Assembly (NCBI GenBank): GCA_964035545.1
Contig: OZ037769.1
Coordinates: forward strand, 10,756,633 to 10,820,632
Length of the DNA: 64,000 nucleotides
Reading direction: 5' to 3'
Source of the DNA: Bugula neritina
Taxonomy: Eukaryota; Animalia; Bryozoa
Shown: piece by piece, positions 15,001 to 24,300 of the stretch
Layout: each line of letters starts with the position of its first letter
How positions within the stretch are numbered: position 1 is the first letter of the stretch
Notes under the pieces: model-generated
What the model saw: the letters and a program-made list of their open reading frames with translations, nothing else
Told to the model about the DNA's origin: nothing
Databases searched by the model: none
Program-made: the position numbers and the translations under genes

Positions 15001-18000
15001 ATGTCCTCGGGATCTACAGCAGCAGACAGAGTGTACAAACACTCCTTGTCAACCTGTCACAGGTGAGCTCCTTGTCAACATGTCACAGGTGAGCTCCTTG
15101 TCAACCTGTCACAGGTGAGCTCCTTGTCAACCTGTCACAGGTGAGCTCTTTGACAACCTGCCACAGGTGAGCTCCTTGTCAACCTTTTGCTTTCAACCCA
15201 AGTAAAATAATAAAACTGTCAAACTTGACTGTTGCAAAATTAAACTAGAAAAAAGGTTATCACTACTATTTTTTTACATCAATTTTCAGAAGCATTCAAA
15301 AAGGTTAGTCCACACCAACAAACAAAATTTTTCTACTTAAGCTTTTTTAAAGTTTTCAGTAAAAATTCTTCTAAACAAAGTTTTATTGCTATTTGCACTA
15401 TTAAATTTTTAAACTAATCCATAATTGTTACATGTATAGAAGTTATAAATACTATCATATTGCTGAAATATATATGCTGTATGCCCTATGCACTACATAC
15501 ACACTTAATTTGAGTAGAATGACATTATACTCTGTATACGTAATACGTATGCAGTGGGCACATACTATATTACTTTGTATAAAATTGATATATACTATAT
15601 ATTATGTTACCGTGCGTACGCAGGTTGTACATCACTGAGTCACCAGGCTGACATAGCATTTCTACTGGACACATCGAGCTCTGTCTACGAGCCAGACTTC
15701 AACAAGATGAAGATGTTCTTGGCAGACTTCATTGACCTTTTTAATGTCAGTCAGGCCCGCCACAGGATCGCTTCAATCACATTCTCTGATGACGTGAGAG
15801 TAAACTTCTTGCTAGGAGATTATTTCACCAACAATGAAGTCAAGGTAACCAATGCTTTGCGCAAGGACTGCAACGTCATGCAGTTTTTGTACTCTTGCCT
15901 CTAAGTGTCGCATTTACTTTCATTTTTTTCTGTGTTGTTAGGAAGCATTGCTAAGCATACGCATGCATTTGGGTGGCACACGAACAGATGAAGCTATTCG
16001 ATTCGTTCGCCAAGAAGTGTTTTCTGAGCTGAACGGTGCGAGACTGAACAGCGCCAAGTTGGCATTTATTATTACAGACGGAAAATCTTATGATCCTCCC
16101 CAAACTGCTATGGAGGCTGAACTGGTTAGTCTAGACTCTAGAAGCTGTTCTAAACTGGTCATTGCGTTGATACAGTGCTATTACAATAATTGCATCATTT
16201 AGCATACTGAGTTTCAACTTTATATGGTATAATAATAAACCTGTTCATCTATGTGAGAGCTCTTTAAAACAAGGAATTTTAGACGGCCCAAGTACTGTGC
16301 CTCTTACCATATGTTGTCAACATGGTTTGAAGACTTTTGCTGGGAAAAACAAGCCCTTTAGATTGGATGCCCTTTCTGTTATCACCAACGACCCTTCTAG
16401 GATTCCAAACCCATGACCTTGTGTTTACTAAGCCAGTGCTCTAACAGCCAAACCACGCCTACATTCTATATGCTATGATAGTCAGCTTGTATAAAATGTC
16501 ACTTGGTTCTTTAGGCTAGAAAGTCTGGAATTAATTTGTACAGCATTGGTATTGGACCGGAAACTGATAAAGCTGAGCTGGAAGTAATTGCTGGCAGATT
16601 GTCACAGGTGTTTTATGTTGACTCATATGATGACATCGACCTAGTAAAGAACAACATTAGTTTAGAACTGCAAGAATGCTATAATCCACTTGGTAAGTGC
16701 CAGAGAAATGCTCCTTTATAATAATGTTAATATAAATATACATACATTACATATCATACAAAACAGGGTCATGCAGTAGACAACTCCTAAATGTATTTGT
16801 TGTTGCATCATGTTCTGCTGATGTCTTATGTAACTTATGTAATTTGCCACTGAAATGCTTGCAAAAACCAGTAAAATAAAACAAATGTGTTGCTTACATT
16901 TTTTCATGCTGATAATTGAAGTTATGTTGCAGCAATAGAGGTGTACGTAAACAGAGGTAACCCGGTTAAACTGGTTGGTAGTGTGTTGATCCGAAGTGGT
17001 GAAACCTTTTCCACTATTTAAATATCTATATAAATATAAAAACTATTACCGCAAACTCTAAACATGTATGCAGTATTGTTACTCATTGTGAGAGTGGTTA
17101 GTCCTAATTAAACCTTTCATTCAGGCATTTCAGTGTGACCCTGGTAAGCAATGTAAGGGATCAATTTATTAAAGTTATATAAATCAATATTGTTGCTAAT
17201 TAATAAAAGCTATTACTTATATGGTAAAATTCTTCTTTTTGAATGTATGAATTTGCAAACTTTAACAGAAATAATATTTGTTTGGCTGGTATAAAAATAT
17301 TATTTTTATGCCAGTCAAATTTCTATTGACCTCAATATAGTTCAATATATCTCTTTCCTATTTATAGCCCCTGTTGATGGAGGATATGGTCCATGGGGAG
17401 ATTACTCCCAGTGTTCAGTCACTTGTGGTACTGGAACCAAGACTAGGCGCAGACTCTGTGATAGTCCAGCACCTAGAAATGGCGGCATGGATTGCGTCGG
17501 GCCAGCCACCCGCACTAGAAGGTGCAGGAAACCATCATGCAATCCCACAATTCCAGGTGAGGAAAGCAGTTATAACTAAAATAAGTTTTTGCTAAAAAAA
17601 ACTCAGAAAATATTATAGTCAGCTGTTATAAATAGCAGGTTTTATCTGTATTACACTGTACTAAGTACCTTCAAGCACTATATTTCCTGTTAGTCGTGGA
17701 TGGGTGGACGGATTGGGAATACAGCTCGGCCTGTAGCGTGACGTGTGGTGAGGGTATACAGGAAGTGACCCGTGTCTGTCAATATGGAGACGGCTGCATT
17801 CTCGGTGAAGTTGAGAGAAAGGTTATCAAATGTCAATTAACAAGTTGTGAGCGTAAGTAAACAAATTTGATGCATGTTGATTCAATTTATACTGTATTTC
17901 TTCTCTTTCAAAGCAGACTGCCACTCTATCAAGAGTTAGCAATTTTGATGCTACAGTTGACTAATTACTATTTAGCTAGCCCACTTTTTGATTTTCAAGT

Positions 18001-18043
18001 TTACGTTTTTACTTTTTAGCAACTTAATTTTTCAACTTTCATA

Positions 18044-18132
<89 letters not shown>

Positions 18133-18163
18133 TTTTTAGCAACTTAATTTTTCAACTTTCATA

Positions 18164-18196
<33 letters not shown>

Positions 18197-19550
18197 CGCA
18201 AATGAACTCAACTAACACTGCAACGCAGCTATTGAAACAAAAGCGCTACAGTCGAGCAGTAACATTGAATGCAAATGCAGCCGTTAGCTCTTAAAATTTC
18301 TACTCTCTTCTAGCGCAATGTATGGCAGGTAGCTTCCGCAGCAGATTTCTCGGCACGAGGATTTACAAGCAAAAACTTGTCTAATTTGGCCCCACGATAA
18401 CAAGTTAGCCTAGGGCCACACTGTGCGTATTTTCGCATGCGAAAATTAAAATCACAAGTAGCAAAGGTGTCCACTGTAGCGTCAGTGATGCGTGATAAAT
18501 AAAGCTTTCATTTTTAAATCGCACTCGCTTTCAATAAAACGCAATTTACTGGAATATAGCACTAAATAAAGAAATTGGGCTCGCTGAATAACTACCAGCC
18601 AATTAGGTGACGACGACAGAGACGATTCGCACTTGCGTTGAAAATGCAGAGCGACAAGTGCGAATGTTTTCTCAACGCGCACAGTGGACCCCTTTGCTAC
18701 TTGTGATTTCAATTTTCGCATGTGAAAATACGCACCGTGTGGCCCTAGGCTTACAGTTATTTACTGTTGGCATGTCTTATGATATATCATGGTAATACAG
18801 ATACTCACTTATATTACAGTTCAATAAACATAATGATATGTATTATTCTTCTTACCAGCTGCCAGTCCTGGTAGTGTATGTGGTGGTGCAGATGGAGTGA
18901 ATGTGATGTTTGCTTCTCTTGGAATCAACTCTAATGGCCCCAACTCCTACTATGCTGTAGACCTCATAGCCAACACTACAGCATTGCTTTCTGTGAGTAC
19001 ATATGTTTCTAAGGGCCAAGTCAATTGTGAAATCAGCAATGTGTATGTTTGACTACATAGTTGTGGTGTATATAAAATGTAGGTTGATGGGAGCAAAGTA
19101 AGGACCAGCCTAACCCTGAGTGACTGTAGTTGTGGTAAGAACACTGGCTATGACTTGACTCGCTATCGAAATTACGAAGAGATTTACAATCACCTCCACA
19201 ATCTAGACCTCGGAGATACGGCTTCTCTCCTCCGTAAGATCCGCTTGGAGAACAACATCATGCCGAGCATGTCCCGATCTCTGAGTGACAACAGACAGCA
19301 CCTCCTTGTCTATGTCTTTGATGCCAATGATGTCATATCCATAGATGCTGTCGCGGAAGCCAAGAGCCTGAAGCTGGCTGGTGTTAAGATATTTGCAATT
19401 GTCTTGGATGTTGAGTCAGATCTGCAGCAAATTTCACAAATAGTCTCCCAGCCCGCTGCTAGCCACATACTAAATGCTGACGTAAATTCTGTGTATGGAA
19501 AGGACTATGCCCAAGATTTGTACAACATTGTTTGCAGGCAGAGTATTTAA
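1..19550 (+). CDS. Large multi-Ig (>=12 C2-type) / VWA / TSP1 mosaic extracellular protein, 5'-partial (~1901 aa in window, 29 exons)
   Basis: Phase-consistent GT-AG exons: <1-67, 293-428, 792-937, 1687-1831, 1999-2132, 2575-2741, 2966-3092, 4367-4651, 5018-5302, 5986-6270, 6711-6995, 7579-7872, 8313-8597, 9070-9176, 9291-9453, 9715-10029 (Ig; LxC..WY..ECR); 11159-11261, 11747-11895, 12213-12364, 13246-13453 (VWA1); 13874-14041, 14895-15062 (TSP1 x2); 15624-15844, 15942-16124, 16515-16692 (VWA2); 17368-17556, 17694-17852 (TSP1 x2); 18859-18992, 19083-19550 (degenerate VWA3, TAA). Total 5706 nt, in frame throughout. No hydrophobic TM segment before the stop. Confidence 0.9.
450..745. repeat. 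(GGTACT)n hexamer-based intronic satellite
   Basis: Runs of ggtactggtactgatact fill most of intron 429-791. Confidence 0.9.
5300..5667 (+). repeat. ~55-bp minisatellite starting at the exon donor (about 6.5 units)
   Basis: Unit caaggtatataatgcttcttttcactccaataacctaccagctattaggtctata; caaggtat recurs at 5300, 5351, 5406, 5461, 5516, 5570, 5624. Confidence 0.92.
10680..11150 (+). repeat. 15-bp minisatellite (atagatataatagct)n abutting the VWA1 acceptor
   Basis: About 30 degenerate-to-perfect units; gives spurious IIAID ORFs. Confidence 0.92.
11159..13453 (+). other. VWA domain 1 with intact MIDAS
   Basis: DVVIIIDSSTS...VQVGLVSFS...GGTNT...IVITDGRS...IEMFAIGVG. Confidence 0.9.
12385..12680. 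repeat. Degenerate ~15-bp minisatellite (tacactacacagtac)
   Basis: Starts ~20 nt after the donor at 12364. Confidence 0.75.
13874..15062 (+). other. Two near-identical TSP1 exons (13874-14041, 14895-15062)
   Basis: WSGWSSCSVTCGSGTTYRSRRC...C...C...C; both 168 nt, phase 1-1. Confidence 0.92.
14021..14150 (+). repeat. 26-bp minisatellite spanning the exon end and donor (5 units)
   Basis: ctccttgtcaacctgtcacag|gtgag repeated. Confidence 0.92.
15042..15185 (+). repeat. 26-bp minisatellite spanning the exon end and donor (5+ units)
   Basis: Same unit as 14021-14150. Confidence 0.92.
15624..16692 (+). other. VWA domain 2 with intact MIDAS
   Basis: ADIAFLLDTSSS...RIASITFS...GGTRT...FIITDGKS...INLYSIGIG. 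Confidence 0.9.
16354..16460 (-). mobile_element. tRNA-derived SINE fragment (same family as 24886-25096)
   Basis: Minus strand: GGCGTGGTTTGGCTGTTAGAGCACTGGCTTAGTAAACACAAGGTCATGGGTTTGGAATCC...AGAAAGGGCATCCAATC. Confidence 0.65.
17368..17852 (+). other. Two further TSP1 exons (17368-17556, 17694-17852)
   Basis: PVDGGYGPWGDYSQCSVTCGTGTKTRRRLCDSPAPRNGGMDCVG and DGWTDWEYSSACSVTCGEGIQEVTRVC. The ORF-track entry at 17374 is a different, wrong frame. Confidence 0.9.
18010..18195. repeat. (TA)n microsatellites with a duplicated 38-bp flank
   Basis: tactttttagcaacttaatttttcaactttcataccaa+(TA)n occurs twice (18010, 18130). Confidence 0.9.
18408..18750. mobile_element. PIF/Harbinger (Tourist-like) MITE, 343 bp
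   Basis: ~70-bp TIRs GCCTAGGGCCACACTGTGCGTATTTTCGCATGCGAAAATT... / ...AATTTTCGCATGTGAAAATACGCACCGTGTGGCCCTAGGC; TTA on both flanks (18405-18407, 18751-18753). Confidence 0.88.
18859..19550 (+). other. C-terminal degenerate VWA domain (no MIDAS)
   Basis: Retains VWA-like segments (HLLVYVFD...AEAKSLKLAGVKIFAIVL...ISQIVSQP...IVC), but DxSxS is replaced by ASLGINS and TDG by FDA. Confidence 0.7.
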
Positions 19551-20170
19551 GGCACAACTAATTCAAGCTGCTTCACATTGACAGGGCTAAGCACTGTGGT
19601 GTGGTAATTCCCACACACGGGCTATGCAGAGCAAACTGCAGAAACTTATATTGTTTGGTCATATTCAATTGCCACTCTTGAATGATAGCCAAAGAAGCAG
19701 CATTTATGTCACCATGTGAAGCAGCTGTGTAATCTTGAGCAACTATTATTCTTTGGACAATACTTACATATCTCAAGTCAGCACTGCATACTGACAGAGA
19801 CTAAATACCAACTTGTATTTAGTGCTAAATTGCTTTCATTATTCAATTGCCAAAACTTTTAGTAGAGAAAAAGAAACTATTACTACTTGCTAACCAACTA
19901 AGAATGCTGCTCAATAGCTTTATTAGATGTTAAATAGCTTCAGGTTTTGTTATCAAAAATGCAATTTTGTTGAATATTTATGATTGGTGGCTTAGTATAT
20001 ATGAATTATTATGGACAATCAATCCAACTGCTTGTTGCTTTCTATTTCCTTGCTAATAAACGAAGTTTTGTAGACTATTTAAACACTGAGGTATTAGAGT
20101 TGTGTATTTTTAGAAATCATATATTTTATGGATTTGCTAATTTGACGGTATGTTTTTTTGTGAATTTATC

Positions 20171-20176
20171 AATAAA
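20171..20176 (+). terminator. Putative polyadenylation signal of the Ig/VWA/TSP1 gene
   Basis: AATAAA ~620 nt after the stop, followed by a GT-rich tract (tatgttgtgattg). Confidence 0.45.
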
Positions 20177-21359
20177 AATCTATATGTTGTGATTGATGAA
20201 TGTATTGCAGATTTGATAAAAGCAATTTACAACAACATAAAATGGTTCATCTGGTATCTCAGTTAGAACCCAGGAGAGATATTCCTAACATTATTACACA
20301 GTTGTATGTGGTTAGTAGTAAAACTTTATTCACAACCAAGCAATAATAGAATAGAAAATTTACACACAGTGTAAGTTAAAGTTGGTTAAAATCTAACAAG
20401 CAAAGTCAAAGAAATGGCTTCAGTCAACTTAAATTTCAGGTTGTGAAGTAAAAGCTAGTGAGTGCTCAAAGCTACGTACATGTGCTCGTCTAGTCTTACA
20501 GTAGTTTAAATTAGATGCTTGCACTGGACAAACAAGTTAAAGCCTTTATAAATACCAGCAGCCGTGCTGTTGGTTCTAAATCATATTTTGCAAACCCTCA
20601 ACAGTGGCAGGCAAGAATGCAGGAATTTTGATGATTGGGTCAAATTTTCACTGCATATTTAAATCTGAGAAAAACTCATATTTATGGAAATTATTTATTA
20701 GAATGTTTTTTTCAGATGACCGGCACCTAAGAGATCTAAAAAGATGAGAGTTAAACATTGCATTATTCAGGGTTTGCGGTAATCAAAACCTAACAGACTA
20801 CGTGCACATTAAAATATATCTACTGGTTGTGTATTAAACAGAGCATTTTCCATTGATTGGGTGAAACCATACAATTGTAAAGATATGCTAAAACCACGCA
20901 AACACTGGAAAAGAATATAACCTGAGAACCAATCATCAAGGGAGTGAGAAGAGACGTATAGGAATACCTTGCAGATTAACTCAATGTAATTTTGGAATGA
21001 CAAGCTAATAGTAAGGAGAGATGATTAACATCATTGAGTGAGTCACAAGAATGGCTCTGTTTCATACTGGCGTATACAAGGCGAATCATTACGTAAATCA
21101 GATAGAACCATGCTCTAATATAGAAATAAACACCAGAAATATAAAAACAGTAAGTATTGTACAGAAGTTACCCGGGAAATTTAGAATCATTCCATGAAAT
21201 ATAATCAGAAGCTGTACTACTAGGAAATAATCAGTTGGCACATGAATTGATAGAGATCAGACAGTGATTTGTTTATAAATAATCAACAAGAAGAGAGAGA
21301 CATCCGAGAGAGCGTCCACTAGATTTTGAGCTACGAAACAGAAGAACCTGAGCTAGTAG

Positions 21360-24300
21360 CTAACTGAAATACTCTCTGGATGGCATCTCTATATATCCCT
21401 TAACAAGAAGGTTCTTCCACATGTGCACCACACCTCGGTTTGGTCGGCTGCGCTTCACCAACTCTCTCAAGTCATTCTGGTCAACTTCTGTTTTTGGTAG
21501 CTTCATATAACTACAGTGACACAAGTATATCATATATTACATGTAATATAAGTATATCATAGATACATGTAATATAAGTACATCATATATTACATGTAAT
21601 ATAAGTATATCATATATACATGTAATATAAGTATATCATAGATACATGTAATATAAGTATATCATATATTACATGTAATATAAGTATATCATATATACAT
21701 GTAATATAAGTATATAATATATACATGTAATACAAGTATATCATATATACATGTAATATAAGTATATCATATATACATGTAATATAAGTACATAATATAT
21801 ACACATGATACAACTACATATAGTGCATACACATGATACAACTACATATAATATATACACATAATACAACTACATATAGTGTATACATATGATACAGGTA
21901 CAGTGCTCTCTCTGTAGCTCACGAATCCATTTCCCATGAAATTTCATAAGTCATGAGAAGACTTTGCACCCCTGTTTTGTAGGTTACATATAGGGACAAA
22001 ATGGCCGAATAGAACAAATCTGTGAGCTAAATCTGGTATTCTACTATTTCATGAATTGAGGTTGCAGGACCCGCAGCATATATCTACACGCACACACGCG
22101 CGAGCGCACGCACACGCACACACATATATAGGCTTTGAATAGGCTAATGTCAACATAGAAAAAAGAAAGAACACAACCGCACGTCTTTGTACTCTACATA
22201 TACATACTATATATACATACTATATACACATACAATATATACAAACTATGCATGTACTACTAACTACATAAACGCACTACATAATCAAGATAAAATTACC
22301 ATTTAAAACTACAACATGTTTCACTCTAACCTGCTCATCAGCTCTCTCACATTCTTAGCAAACAACTCTGGATTTTCTTTCTCTTCGTCTGACGGATGGT
22401 AAACCTGATGGAATTCTACCTCAAAGCATGTGAGAGGAGTACATAGTAGAAGGGTGGCCAGAGCAATTCTACAAGAGAATAGAGTTATGGACATCAAAGA
22501 GTAGCAGCATATATGTATAATAACAGAGTTATGAGTTAACTATGTAGATTGTAGATGATTATGGGTAAACCAGATGATATACACAACACTTACAGCCCTG
22601 GCCCTGTGTTCACCCAAGTCTGCAAATCAGTTCTGTTATATTTGATAGTCATGAGCTGCACAGAGACACCAGGGAGAAAGGCTCCTGCAGGATACACACC
22701 ATAATGCATAGAGCACAATACATATATCGTAATACATATTACATATATCTTAATACACATTACATATATCGTATTACATATATAATATTAGATATATCTT
22801 AAATCTTAATACATATATCTTGATATATGTATATCGTATTACATATACATATACTGCTGTATAAATACACTGCACTACATAGACTGGAATATATACACTG
22901 TAATGCATAGACAGAAATATATACTATTAAATACAGTATATACAGACACTAGCCTACTGCAAGGTATCGGTATTGGGTAAAAATATCTTTATTCTATGAC
23001 TGATAAGCAAAGCGATATACACATAACATACATATAGAGACACACTCAATGTTCATCACTCATTAGACACAAACATAATATATTATAATATATAACTAAG
23101 TATACAAGTTTGTATACCTGGGTTCTTACCTAGCTTGTATGGCAGAAGAGAGGTACTTGCGGAGCACACCCCCTCAGGAAACACAAGGAGCTGAGGCCAG
23201 GCTCCTTTAGCTTCCGCTCTTCTACGTATCTTTTGAGCTGTTTTACTTCGGGAGTGTGGGTCTGTCCTATCCACGAATATTGATTGATTTACACGAAAAA
23301 GAGCTGAAAATAACAAGCTTGGAGGTGAAAGGAAGGCAGTAGAAACAGCACAGAGCAGTGCCTAATAACTCTGTACCATTACGTTAGTGCTAAGTACTAT
23401 AAACTGTTGGCAAGTACAACTAACTCTTACAATATGAAACATATTTGCAGTTTTTAGCACAACTGAGTGAAAAATAGTCTTCGACAAAGTATACTAAGTA
23501 AAGCAGGGAGCTAATTCTACACAACTAAAAGCAGCTTCCAGTCTCGTATTTTATTTGATTACACAGAGAGGCTGAAATCTATATTTCTGCTTGCTGCAGA
23601 CAGTGTGGATAGGACAGAGTATGGTACACGGGCCACACGACTAGAAGAATGGTCTGTGTGTAAAAGCATCTTCACTATCTTTCTTACTACCAGTTTAGCA
23701 ATCAACTGGCTACACATTAAAACAAATTGAGGAAAACTCATATAAAAATCAGAGTTGAAAGTGAACTTACTTGCTATGAAGGGTAGCTTGCTATTTTCTG
23801 CTACAGACACAGTGCCAGGGAAGCCGCACAGAGCCCCGGCCAACGTGTCAACAAATGAGGAGTGAGGTCCTAAGACTATGAGTGGAGCCTCAGCGCTGGA
23901 AGCTTGCGTTCCCTTTGTCTTCTGTGACATCACTCCCATGGAGAACCAGGCACACCGCACAAAGAACACCGTAATGTCCTTGAGAAATCTGAAACATGAC
24001 CATGACCACCTGTCACATGACCACCTGTCACATGACCACCTGTCACATGACCACCTGTCACATGACCACCTGTCACATGACCACCTGTCACATGACCACC
24101 TGTCACTACATCTAATAATGACTTAGCTGAAGCCATAAGAAGCTATAATATATTGATAAAATGAACAGTTATTATGAAAACAACAGTAAACTATGACAAA
24201 ATGTTGCACTTTTTAATAAAAAAGAACAAAATACCACTGTTTTTGTAATTTGATGGTTCTACTTCTGATTTGATAATTAAATCAATTTGCTAGATTTGGA

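Larger units (their letters stand above)
13669..15560 (+). repeat. ~1-kb tandem duplication carrying the TSP1 exon
   Basis: gttgaaaattacaaattaatagctt (~13670) matches gttgaaagttacaaattattagctt (14651); ctatgcactatatacacacttaa (~14558) matches ctatgcactacatacacacttaa (~15486). Confidence 0.85.

Noticed and set aside
1-19550. Calling the first gene hemicentin, nephrin or Dscam
   Set aside because: The domain order differs: no G2F/EGF tail, no FN3, no TM or cytoplasmic region. No symbol assigned.
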